A stretch of 64,000 nt of DNA from Mobula hypostoma. Its lineage: Eukaryota. Shown here piece by piece: positions 37,266 to 50,650 of this stretch. The translations under genes and the position numbers were made by a program. The notes beneath the pieces were generated by a model that was not told where the DNA came from, did no database searches, and worked only from the letters and a program-made list of their open reading frames with translations. Location: the NCBI RefSeq assembly GCF_963921235.1, contig NC_086107.1, positions 109,246,001 through 109,310,000 on the forward strand, given 5' to 3'. Within the stretch, counting starts at the first letter, position 1. Every line of letters begins with the position of its first letter.

Positions 37266-40200
37266 AATGACTGAGTCCACTGCTCTCTGCAGTTTCTTAT
37301 GTTCCTTCACATTGGAACTCCCATGCTAATGGGATAAGATAAAGGTCCCCAGCTCCGTCATGGGCACTAGGCCTCCTCAGCGTGCAGGACACCTCAAAAA
37401 GGCGGCATCCATCGTTAAGGACCCCCATCACCCAGAACATCCCCTCTTCTCATTGCTACCATCAAGGAGGAGGTACAGAAGCCTGAAGACACACATTCAA
37501 CGATTCAAGAACAGTTTCTTCCCCTCTGTTATCAGATTTCTGAATGGACAATGAACCCATGAACACTTCCTCAGTATCTTCCCGTCTTTTTGCATTACTT
37601 ATGTAGTTTAATATTTTATATATACTTACTATAAATTATAGTTTTATTAGTATGTATTGCATTGTACTGCTGCTGCAAAACAACAAATTTCAGGACATTT
37701 GCCAAAGATATGAAAACTGATTCCGATTCTGAGTCTGCTTCTGACTGAATGACTTTGTTTGCACTTATGAAAAAGACGACTAAAGCTAAATTTTATTCAA
37801 AAAATAAAGGGACGTGTAAGGTATTTGGAGGAGAAACATTCGTGGTTCATCAACTTTAAATTGTGGTTTCCAATAACCTTTGAACCCTTTGAAGTACTTG
37901 AAGCACCCAATCCCAGGCCTCTGCTAATTAAATTGGAATCACTTCCTGAATGAAATGGAACCTCATAACCCCTGCTTGTGTCCTTTTTTTGATTTTCACT
38001 TTCATCTTCAAATGTATATAAAAAACAACTAGGAGCCAAAAATCGAGATTCCACTCAGATTTGCACTGAATTGTTCCAAGCGGCCAAATTCTCCCTTTTA
38101 GCTTCACTTTTGTATTGAGTACCAAGTCAATAAAGCTGACCACATCAGCAAAATGCATCAGAACCACTCCACACCTCTCAGCAAAAAATAAACTCCCTCG
38201 CCTCCAGAAATATGAGTCAAAGAGTCTGTCCTTACGTTCAGCTGAACTTCCTGTGGTTTCAAACAGGAAATTTGCAGCTTTGGGCTATTTTGTTTTAATA
38301 TTTACAAAATGGTGGGTGCAAAAATCTGTCAAATTGACTACCCCCCTCCAATTCCTCTCTGCGTTGCATTTCTTGCTCCGCCGCAGTGAAGTTAGGGCTT
38401 TGCAATGGTGTGGAGGCAGATTTACTCCCTGCCTAGCCCACGCCTTACCTGTCCTGGAGGTGGTGGGACCACAGCAGATGGAGCTTCACTCCATGGCTAA
38501 CTTATGCCGTCTCTGTACTGGGAGTTTTTGATGGGAGAGCGTGGAGATACCTTTCCTCTGTAACTAACCTGTTCTGCGAGTGTTCGTTGGGACTGGGTAG
38601 ACCGTACGGCATAGGGGCAGAATTAGGCCATTCAGCCCATCTGGTCTGTTCCACCATTCCATCGGGCTGATTTATTATCCCACTCAACCCCATTCTCCTG
38701 CCTTCTCCCTGTAACCTTTGACACCCTTAATAGTTAAAAGCTAATCAACCTCTGCTTTAAATATGTCAATGACCTGGCCCCCACTGCTGTATGTGGCAAT
38801 GAGTTCCACAGATTCACCACCCTCTGGCTAATGAAATTCCTTCTCATCTCTGTTCTAAAAGGACATCCTTCTATTCTGAGGTTGGGCCCTCTGGCTCGTA
38901 AGACTCTCCCACTCTTGGAAACTTCCTCTCCAGTGTAGGTGGAGTTTTACTCTGTAACCTAACCCCATTCAGTGTTGGAGGGGATAGCGAAGCTCCTTCT
39001 GCATTGTCCCATCAAACGCTCCTAGGACAGGTTAGGTAGGGACTAACTCTCAATGTAAACTGTGCTGTGCCTGAAATAGAAACAAGAGGTGCTTGAAATA
39101 TTCAGCAGCTCAGACAGTATCGCTAGGAAGCGGATCTGAGCTAATGTTATCAGCTTGTTTTTTTTTTGCTTTTCTAATCTATATTTGCCCTGGGCTTGCT
39201 TGATGGGTCAGTGTGCAGGGAGTCTCAGTCTGCTCTAACCCACATGTCGGAGTGGTCAAAGCAGCAGATCCAAGGGAGAGTGGCAAATTTGGTTCAAAAC
39301 TTACTGGCAGGAAGCAAAGCTATAGATTGAAGTTCAAGGTACACTTCTCTTCAAAGTATGTGTACTTTCTACAACCTTGACATTCGTGTCCTTACAGGCA
39401 GCCACAAAACACAGCAGAACCCATTAAAATCAAAAAGAAGGCCGTCGAACACCCAGTATTCGGAGAGGGGGAGAAAATAAACAATCAGGCAACAATAAAA
39501 GCAAGTAAACAGCATCCAGAAATGCACTGCTGCTGCAAAGCAAGAAATTTCATGATATAATCAGTGATACTGAACATGATTCTGATCTTGAGAAACGCTC
39601 ATCAAACTTAAATAGTACTTAAGATCTGTACCCTTCAGGGTACTGGACAAAGTGCTGGAAGGTAGGATTCCTTTGGCATTTTACCAGCACAGCCACAATG
39701 GGCTGAGTAGCCTCCTTCTGCGTTGCTGCAGCTCATGATTTCCAAGATCTTTTTTTATTTGCCCCAATTATGCTGAGACTGTATCAAGGGTGTCTCCTCA
39801 GTCCCTGATGTACATCACTTGAGATTGTTTTTTTGTTTCAGTTGTTGGAAGTGGAGGGGGGGGAAGTTTTACTCTGTATCTAACTCATCTTTATGTGTCA
39901 TTTTTGTTGAGTCTAAAATTTTAAAATAAACAACAAATCCTTATATGAGCAGCACACGTAAAAATTGCTGGTGAACGCAGCAGGCCAGGCCGCCCGAAAC
40001 GCCGACTGTACCTCTTCCTAGAGATGCTGCCTGGCCTGCTGCGTTCACCAGCAATTTTTACGTGTGTTGCTTGAATTTCCAGCATTTGCAGATTTCCTCG
40101 TGTTTGCGTTTTTAAACCCTTATATGAAAGTGTTCTTGGTGTCCGTAGTACCCAGGACATCCCCTCAAGGGTAAGTACCTCAAAAGGCAGCGTCCATCAT

Positions 40201-41180
40201 TAAGGACCCCCCTCAGCCATCTCATGCCTTGTTCCCCTTGCTACCATCAGGGAGCATGAAGGCACACACTCAACGATTCAGAAACGGTTTCTTCCTCTTG
40301 AAAATCTGGTTTCTGAATGGACATTGAACCCATGGACACTACCTCACGACTTATTAATTTCTATTTTTGCATTACTTGTTTTAACTTGACAATTAATATA
40401 CATACAGATATTTACTGTAATTCAGTTTTTCTCTATATTTATCGTGTACAGTATTGCATTGTACTGCTGCCACAAATTTCACAACATATGCCGGTGATAT
40501 TAAAACCCAATTCTGACTTCTGATTCAGTGAGCCTCTCCATCCCCTATGGTGCCTGGTATTTACAGATCAAGTTCCTGTTACTTGACACCACTTTGTGCA
40601 AGAGTCTTATACCCCGGCTTCTCAATATAAAGGGGGAGGGGTTCCACATCCAATTCATGCCTTTTCCAGATAATGGCTGGGGGGGGGGGGGGGTGAGGAA
40701 GCGGAGAGATTACAGGAACAGCCCTCGCGTGAAACTTTTCGGAAGCAACAAGGGAGGGCATTTCTAAGAGCTAAGGAGTGTTAGGGACCTGGGTCCAATG
40801 ATCTGATTGAACTGAGTGAAGCTAAGCACATTTGGGATCAGAGTCTGCTTGACACCCACATAGGTTAATCTTCTCCAGGCTTCGACTACGAGCTTCAGTA
40901 TTTTTTTTGCAGCTTACTCCTCGGCTATCTGGTCCATCACCACATCCTCTCCTGCTAACCACAACCTCCTTCCCCACTGGCAAGCGGATACTTTGATGTG
41001 TCCCAGACTCTGAAACGATCCTGCTAAAAGGCAGGCAGGATGGCCGGAGAGGCGAGACTGAAGCTCGTTGAAGCTCGAATTTTTATCTTACCCTTCTTGT
41101 ACCTGTTCTGGAATTGTTTGATGGGATAATGTAGAGGGGGCTTCTCTCTGTGCCTAACCTGTGCTCCTCCTGCCCTGGGA

Positions 41181-41300
41181 ATCTGGAGTTCAAGGCGTAG
41201 TGTTTGCTGATCTAGTCTGGAGTTCAAGGCCAGTGTTTGCTTATCTAGTCTGGAGCCTGAGGCCTAGTGTTTGGTAACAGAGTCTGGAGTTCAAGGCCTA
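41181..41300. repeat. ~34-bp minisatellite (about 3.5 units); related units inverted at 7125-7330
   Basis: tctggagttcaaggc..agtgtttgct.atctag repeated. Confidence 0.75.
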
Positions 41301-43580
41301 TTATGCTGTCCAAGATGGTGCTGGTGAACCACAGTGACGTTTTTGCAAGCAACATACAATACATCGCAACATATGCCGGTGATATTACTGCAATCTGCAG
41401 CATGTAATTGCCCTTTAAGCAACCTACTTTTAAATCGACTTAATGATCAACAGATTTCATGATCTTCTGAAGGACTCAATGGGCTTAAATCTCAAGCAGG
41501 CAGGTACGACACCTTTGAGCAGACGAAGGTTCCTCACCATGGCCATAAGCAAGGTGGCGGGGTTGGCGGGGGGGGGGGGCTCCAAGCCAGGCTGAAACAC
41601 AGAAGAATGAGACCCCCCCCCCCCGCCCACTCAGCTTGTTAGCAAATGTGCAGTCGTTGGAGAACAAACTTGAGGACCCGAGGGCAAGATTGCTGTATCA
41701 GCGGGAAATGGGATATTGTTGTGCTTTACATTGCCTTGAAAAAGTATGCGGCTTCCAGTCCTTTGTTCACATAAATGAGTATTACAACCAGGGATTTTGA
41801 TCAATTTAACTGAGAACTTTTATTTGTGAATCACACACTCATTTTTTCTCAGTAGAGCCCAAAAAACAGGGAAAATTGTAAAGCATGAAACATTAAAAAC
41901 TCAAAAACTTGAATGTGATCTGTTCAAGTGTATCCATCACCCTCTGCTCAGTATTTAATTGAACCACCTCTCACAGCTATTACAGCCAGTAGTCTTTTTG
42001 GATAAGTCTCTATTAGCTTTGCACAATATTTACCCATTCCTCCTTGCAAAATTGGTCAGGCTGCACCAGGTTAGTTGGAGAGCGGTGGTGACAGCAGTTG
42101 TGAGGTCTTGCCAGAGATGTTCAATTGCGTTAAGGTTGGGACTCTGACTGGGCCACTCAAGGGCATCAATTTTCTTCAGGGTTACTCTTTGGGTTGTTCT
42201 GCTGAAAGATAAACTTCCTCCCCAATTTAAGCTTTCTGGCAGAGTCCAGTAGGATATTATTTTTATCCATGATCTCTCTGTATTTAGCAGCATTCATCTT
42301 CCCATCAATCCTGACCAGATTCCAGTCCCTGCTACTGAAAGGTATCCCCATAGCATGATCTAGCGCCACCATACTGTACAGTAGGGATGGTGTTACCTGG
42401 CTGATGTGCATTGTTAGATTTATGTCACATGTGCCACTGAAGAAAAGCAAGTCCTTGCCTGTAAAGACTCTGCAAAGTGTCACTTGGAAGATGCCTGAAA
42501 GAAGGTCTTGTGGTCAGATGAGGCTAAAATGGAACTTTTTGACCTCAATTCTAAGTGGCATTTGTGGCATAAATCTAATACCGTGCAATAGCCAGGTAAC
42601 ATCATCCCTACTGTCAAGTATGGTGGAGGTAGCATCGTGCTATGAGGATGCTTTTCAGCAGCAGGGACTGCAAATCTGGTCAGGATTGATGGGAAGAGGA
42701 ATGCTGCTAAATTCAGAGAGATGCTGGATAAAAAACCTGCTAGCTTCTGTCAGAAAACTTAAACTGGGGAGGAAGTTCATCTTTCAGCAGGGCAATGGCC
42801 CAAAGCACTCTGCCAAAAGCAACCATGGAGTGGCTTCAAATGAAGAAAATTGATGTCCAGGAGAGGCCCACTCAGAGTCCGGACCTTAACCCAATTGAAC
42901 ATATCTGGCAAAACCCCAAGACTGCTTTCCACTGCCACTCCCCAACTAACCTGGTGCAGCCTGCACAATTTTTCAAGGAGGACTGGGCAAATTTTGCTCC
43001 ATCACATTGTGCAAAGTTAATAGAGTCTTATCTGAAAGACTACTGGCTGTAATAGCTGCCAGAGGAGAGCAAAGGGGGATGAACACTTTTCAACTGCTGA
43101 CATTTCAATTTTTGAATTTTCAGCTTTTCATTCTTTACAATTCTCCCTTTTTTTTGGGCTCTACTGTGAAAAACAAACTTGATTCACAAATAAAAAATCT
43201 CTGTTAAATTGATCCGTGGCTGTAATGCTCATTTATATGGACGAAGGATTGGGGGCTGAATACTTTTTCAAGGCAGGATACGCTTAAATGAGACGTGGCT
43301 TACTCCCAGCATGACAGGTGTGGTGATCAGGCCCAAAGGTTTCTTGATTCACAGAATGGACTGAACTGCTGATTCAGAAAAGGCAAAAGGTGGAGGCGTG
43401 TGTTTCATGATAAAATCTCGGTGTTGCTCTGAGATAGTGGCTTGGCCAAATTTGTGTTCCCCTGATCCTGAACACCTAACGGTCAAGTGCTATTCCTTCT
43501 ATTTACTTAGGGAGTTCTCCTCCATAATTCTGACTGCAGTTGACGTACCACCAGCGGATGATTATAAACAAGTGCTTGAG
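41300..43580 (+). mobile_element. Degenerate Rex1-type 5' region and AP-endonuclease fragment, split by a Tc1 insertion
   Basis: LANVQSLENKLED...YQREMGYCC before 41728 continues as ETWL...GGGVCFMI...CSPDPEHLTVKC after 43281. Confidence 0.75.
41729..43278. mobile_element. Tc1/mariner-derived foldback element
   Basis: TA-flanked TIRs cattgccttgaaaaagtat / atactttttcaaggcag; transposase C-terminal motifs on both strands (WPSQSPNLNAIEHLWQDL minus; FIFQQGNGPKH and PTQSPDLNPIEHIWQ plus). Confidence 0.85.
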
Positions 43581-43598
43581 TCCCTGGGGTTAAATCAC

Positions 43599-44370
<772 letters not shown>

Positions 44371-44769
44371 CGCGCATGGGTCGGAGGGAGGAACGGGACT
44401 TGTTTTGCTGTTGTTGTCTTGTTGCTCGTTGTGTTCTGCGTTGACGTGCCAAGCATCTTGGCCACATCCTACATTGACGCCAGAATGTGTGGGGACACTT
44501 GCAGGCTGCCACACCCCACCACCCCCAGCACATCCTGACGTGCGTTGGCTGTTTATGCAAGCCACGTATTTGCCTGTATGTTTCAATATCCAGATCATAA
44601 CTAACCTTGAATCTTGAATTTTGAACCTTTGAGCTTTCGATGGGAAGAAGGAGAGAGAAGTTCACACTTGTAACAAATTGTTACATCTTATAAAATGATT
44701 GATGTCGGAGGTCAACCTGTGCTAGCCCAGAACTCCCTCCTAGGAATCTCCTCTCTCTCACAATGGACA

Positions 44770-45272
44770 CAATACAATGTATGTTCATGGTCTTCTGCTG
44801 GAGCCCATCCACTTCAAGGTTCGACATGTCGTGCCTTCAGAGATTCTCTTCTGCACACCACTGTTGTAAGCTGTGGTTATTTAAATTACTGTCACCTTCC
44901 TGTCAGCTCGAACCGGTCTGGCCATTCACCTCTGACCTCTGTGGTGTTTCCTCCCACCAAACTGCTACTCACCGGACGTACGTTTTTGTTTTTCCCATCA
45001 CTCTCTGTAAATTCTAGAGACTGGTGCATGCAGAAATCCCAGCAGATCAGCAGTCTCTGAGACACTCAAACCACCAACAATCATTCAAAGGTCAAAGTCA
45101 CTTAGATCACATTTCTTCCCCATTCTGTTGTTCGGTCTGAACAACAACTGAACCTCTTGACCATGTCGGCATGCTTTTATGCATTGAGCTGCTGCCGCGT
45201 GATTAGCTGATTAGATATTTGCATTAACGAGCAGGTGTACAGGTGTACATAATAGAGTTGATACTGGGTGTA
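44770..45272. mobile_element. Non-autonomous Tc1-like element fragment; small end remnant at 11270-11336
   Basis: Right end ttgcattaacgagcaggtgtacaggtgtac...gtgta shared with 11290-11335. Confidence 0.6.
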
Positions 45273-47089
45273 CTTTCCCCAGCACAGACGCAGTTCCTCA
45301 CACAGTAGGTTCACCACTAAGGAAATGGGAAGTGTAAAGCAGAAGCTTTTACTCAGGAAAGTTCGAAACAAGACTCTGATCACATGTCCAGGCTCAGCTG
45401 ACAGCTACATTGTAAGCAGTAGGGGGTTGGGCTTTGAGGAGCGAGTTTTGTAATGATAGATTTCTTGGTTTCTGCAATTTTGAACCTCAACACATTGTGC
45501 TCATATGCCGAAAAGTGAAACAGATCATGCCAAAAGGGAAACCGGAGACTTTCTTCGCTTACAACTTCCGCATTCAGAGAATGGTCACAGACAAACCCTT
45601 TACTCTGCTTGAGAGAAAACCTCTGCTCCCTGGCCAGAGAAAAGGTGTTGGGACTGGGGTAGGCACTTTGTAACCTAAACAAGCAAGGACAAAATGCTGA
45701 AGCTTTATAAGGCATTGGTCAGACCGCGTTGTGAGTAGTATTGGGGGCTCCGATCTAAGAAAGGATTTGCTGGCATTAGAGATGGTGCAGAGGAGGAATG
45801 GGTTGACATATGAGGACCTCTTGGTGGATCAGGATCTGTGCTCACTAGAATTTAGAAGAAAGAGGTGGTGGGGGGGGAGGGGGGAACCTATCGAATATTG
45901 AAAGGCCTAGATAGAGTGGACATGGAAAGGATGTTTCCTATAGTAGAAGGGGTCTAGGACCAGTAGGCACAGTCTCAGAATACAAAAAAGTCCCTTTAGA
46001 ACACAGATAAGGAGGAATTTCTTTAGCCAGAACATGGTGAACCTGTGGAATTCATTACCACAGCCGGCTGTGGAGGTCAAGTCATTGGGTATATTTAAAG
46101 CAGGGGTTGAGAAGTTCTTGATTAGTTGGGGCGTCAAAGGTCACGGGGAGGAGGCAGCAGAATGGGGTTGAAAGGGAGGATGAATTGGCCACGATGGAAT
46201 GGCAGGGCAGACTCAATGGGTCGAATGGGCCAATTCTGCTCCTGTGACGTACCTGGACTGAGTGCCAATTCAAATCGGGACAGAGATGTGGGCTGAGGGA
46301 GATGGAAACTTTGACAGTGGCTTTAGAGTTGTGGAGTTGGTTGGAGGGGTAGAATTTCTGAGACAGGAAACCAGGCTCAAGGACAGCTCATGTTGGCCGT
46401 TACGTTGGCTATTGAACAGACCTCTTGGACAACAAGGAGGACACTTGACCTCTTTGTGACCTTGCACCTTATTGTCTGTCAGTCCTGCACTTCTCTGTAT
46501 CTGAGATTTTATTCCTTATTAGAACATGAGACAGCATGGCACAGCGCTGGCCTCTTGGCCCACAATGTTATGCTGACGTTTTAATCTAGTCCGGGATTAA
46601 TCTAGGAATTCCCTCCAATTTAGCCCTCCATTTTTTCCATGTGCCAATCTAAGTGTCTCTTAAATGTCTCCCTGTACCACCACACCTGGTAGCCCATTCC
46701 ATGTACCCACCAACCTCTGTGCAAAACATCTACTTCTGATATCCCACCTACACTTTTCTTCAATCGCCTCAAAGTTATGCCCTCTCATATTAGTCATTTC
46801 TGTTGTTGGAAAAAAGGCTCCGGTTGTTCACTTAATCTGTCCCTCTTACCATCTTACACATTTCTATCGACACCTCTCATCCTCCTTCACTCTGAAGAGA
46901 AATGTCCTAGCTCGTTCAACCCATCTTCACAAGACATGCTCTTTAATCCAGACAGCATCCTGGTAAATCTCCTCTGCACCCTCTCTAAAGCTTTCACATC
47001 CTTCCGGAGGTAACCGGAACTGAACACAATACTCCAAGCGTGGCCTAATTGGAGTTTTATAGACCTGCAACTTTACCTCTTGAACTCAA

Positions 47090-47890
47090 TCCTCTGACTT
47101 GCCAATTCTGAATTCCTGAACTTCATCAACTTCGCCTCTAGCTTCCTACCTGCCCTTAAATTCACTTGGGCCATCTCTAACACCTCCCTCTCCTTTCTTG
47201 ATCTCTCTGCCTCCATCTTTGGAGACAAACTCTGAACCGTCATCTTTTATAAACCTACTGATTCCCATAGTTGACTGGACTGGACCTCTTCCCACACTAT
47301 CTCCCGTAACAATGCTATTCGCTTTTCTCAGTTTCTTCACCCAGGAAGTGGCTTTCCGTACCAGGACATCTCAGACATCTCCTCCTCCTTTAAAGAACGG
47401 TGTTTCCCTCCACTGTTGATGCTTCCTTGACCTGTATCTCCTCCAATCCGCACTCATCCCATCTTCCCGCCGTCGTAATAGTGATAGAGTCCCTCTCATC
47501 CTTACCTACCACCCTGTCATCCACTGCATCCAACACATTATCCTCAGCAACTTCCACCGTTCCCAAAGGAACCCTACCACTAAACATACCTTTACCAACC
47601 ACCCCCTCCACTTTCCACAGGGGTCAGTCCCCCCAGATTCCCTTGTCCCTCCCCACTATTCTCCCTCCAGGCACTTTCCCTAAGTGCTACACCTGCCCAT
47701 ACACCATTCCGGGCCCCAGACGGTCCTTCCAGGTGGGGCAAAGCTTCACCTGCAGATCCGCTGGGATCAGCTACTGTGTCCGGCACAGCCCCCTGCACAT
47801 TGGTGAGTCGTAAATTGGGGGACTGCTTTGTCGAGCGTCTCTGCTCCATCCACCACAAGCGGGACTTGCTGGTTGCCAAACGCTTGCACG
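47090..47890 (+). mobile_element. Penelope-like element remnant (RT thumb plus GIY-YIG endonuclease)
   Basis: Broken frames give LKFTWAISNTSLSFLDL, FYKP, and GPRRSFQVGQSFTCRSAGISYCVRHS...LHIGES, resembling the PLE GIY-YIG region. Confidence 0.8.
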
Positions 47891-49844
47891 GTAAAGGACA
47901 GCAACACGCGTCCCTAATGCAGAAGCTGCTTTGGGATCTCGAGGGTGACCCACAGCACCATCCGCTTGGCTGCATATTACACGTGACGCAAATCATGGTG
48001 GAATGCGTCACTCCTGGAAGGATCAAATTTTAATTACATTGACCTAAAGATCATAATCATAAGACATAGGAACAGAATTAGGCCATTTGGCCCATCAAAT
48101 CTGCTCTGGCATTCCATCATGGCTGAGTTATTATCCCTCTCAATCCCATTCTCCTGCCTTCTCCCCTGCCCCCCGCCCCCCCGACTAATCAAGAACCTAT
48201 CGACCTCTACTTTAAATATACCCAATGACTTGGCCTGCACAGACATCTGTGGCATGGAATTCCACAGATTCACCGCCTTCTGGCGAAAGAACTCCCTCTG
48301 ATCTCTGATCTAAATGGACATCACTCTATTCTGAGGCTGTGCCCTCTGGTCCTAGACTCCCCAAGTATAGGAAGCACCCCCTCCATGTCCACTCTGTCCA
48401 ATCTTTCAATACTCCATCGGTTTCAATGAGATCCCCCTCCCCTCCATTCTTCTAAGCTCCAGCAAGTACAGACCCAGAGCCATCAAATGGCTCCTCACAC
48501 ATTAACCCTTTAATTCCTGGAATCATTTTCATGAACCTCTTCTGGACCCTCTCCAATGCCAGCACATCATTTCTTAGATAAAGGGGCCCAAAACTGCCCA
48601 CAATACTCCAAGTGCAGTCTGACCAATGCCTTATAAAACCTGAACATTACATCCTTGCTTTTATATTCTAGTCCTCTCAAAATGAATGCTAACATTGCAT
48701 TTGCCTTCCTTACCACTGGCTCAACCTGCAAGTTCTCCTAAAATAGCATTGCACAATGCAATTTCCAGACACAAGTATCTTCATCAAATTCTCTCAAACC
48801 TTTTGAATTCCTCCAAATACTAATTTCTTCGGGTATCTCAACTCTTTCAATGTTTCCTATGGTCCTTCAGTCCTCCTGTGGAGTGGAGTGACTGAGGAGG
48901 AGTGTGTAAATGCAGTGAGTGGAGGGATCTTTACTCTGTATCATACCTTTCAGTAACAGTTGTAACCCTATAACCATCAGGCTAGCGAGCCAGCGTGGCT
49001 ATCATCACTCTCCGAAGGTTGAAAGGTCCAATTTAATGTCAGAGAAATGCATACAATATACTTCTTGAAATGCTTTTCCTTCGCAAAACATCCACGAAAA
49101 CAGAGAAGTGCCCCGAAGAATGAATGGCAATCATTTGTGAGAACCCCAAATCCCCCCACAGCTACCCCCTCCCATGTGTAAGCTGCAGCGAGCAACAATC
49201 CCCCCCACCACTTCCGCCACCGGCAAAAAAAAGCAAGCATCAGTACCACCACTGAGCAATCAAGCGTGAGCAAAGCAATAGCAAAGACACAGACTTGTAG
49301 CCACCCCAAAGACTTCGCGTTTCACCCGGCATTCGACATACCTCAGGCTCCCCACAACACTGAACAGATTCCACCACCCACAGATTCACTTTCAAGGACT
49401 CTACAACTCATGTTCTCAGTATTATTTATCTATCTATCTATCTAGCACAAGACCACAAGATCACAAGACAAAGGAGCAGAAGCAGGCCATTCGGCCCATT
49501 GAGTCTGCTCTACCACTCCACCATGAGCTAAACTATTCTCCCATCTAGTTCCAATCTCCGGCTTTTTCCCCATATCTACGTAATGATTCTTTATTTGCCC
49601 ACCTTGTCTTCTTTTCCACATTGGTTATTTATCATTCATTGTTTTTTCATAATTTCTAATGCTTTTCTAATTTTCATGAACATTTCTACAGATGTACCGT
49701 GGAGAGCATTCTAACTGGCTGCATCACCGTCTGGTATGAGGGTGGTGGGGGGGGGTGGGCTCAGGATTGAAAAAAGCTGCAAAGGGTTGTAAACTTAGTC
49801 AACTCCATCATGGGCACTAACCTCCGTTGTATCCAGGACATCTA

Positions 49845-50650
49845 TGGTGGTCATGCACTTTGGTAGAAGAAATTAAAGAATTAACCGTTTTCTAAATGGA
49901 GAGAAAATACTAAAGACTGAGGTGCAAAGGGACTTGGGGGTCCTTGTGTGGGATTCCCTAAAGGTTAATTTGCAGGTTGAGCCAGTGGTAAGGAAGGCAA
50001 ATGCAATGTTAGCATTCATTTCAAGAGGACTAGAATATAAAAGTAAAGGATGTAATGTTGAGACTTTATCAAGCACTGGTGAGACCTCACTTGGAGTATT
50101 GTGAGCAGTTTTAAGTCCATAATCTTGAAGGATGTGCTGAAACTGGAGAGGGTTCAAGGGAGATTCACAAAAATGATTCCAGGTTTGAAATGCTTGTCAC
50201 ATGAAGAGTGTTTGATGGCTCTGGGCCTGTATTCACTAGAATTCAGAAGAATGAGGGGTGACCTCATTGAAACCTATTGAACCCTGAAAGGCCTTGATAG
50301 AGCAGATGTGGAGAGGACGTTTCCTGTGGTGGGAGAATCTAAGACCAGAGGACACAGCCTCAGGATAGAGGGATGTCCTTTTAAAACAGAGGTGAGGAGG
50401 AATTTCTTTAGCCAGAGAGTGGTGAATCTGTGGAATTCTTTTCCACAGGCAGCTGTGGAGGCCAAGTCTTTATGCTTATTAAAGGCAAAGGTTGATAGAT
50501 TCTTGATTGCTCAGGGCTTGAAAGGGTAGGGGGAGAAGGCAGGAGTTTGGAGCTGAGAGGGAAAATGGATCAGCTATGGTGAAATGGTGGAGCAGACTCA
50601 ATGGGCCAAATGGCCTAATTCTGCTCCTATATCTTACGGTCCTATGGTCT
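49845..50650 (+). mobile_element. Degenerate CR1 3' fragment; similar copies at 45680-46250 (+), 48058-48735 (-), 12880-13540 (-), 10070-10530 (-)
   Basis: QRDLGVLV...KANAMLAFISRGLEYKS, TRGHSLRI, NFFSQRVVNLWNS, and shared 3' UTR gggccaaatggcctaattctgctcc. Confidence 0.85.
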
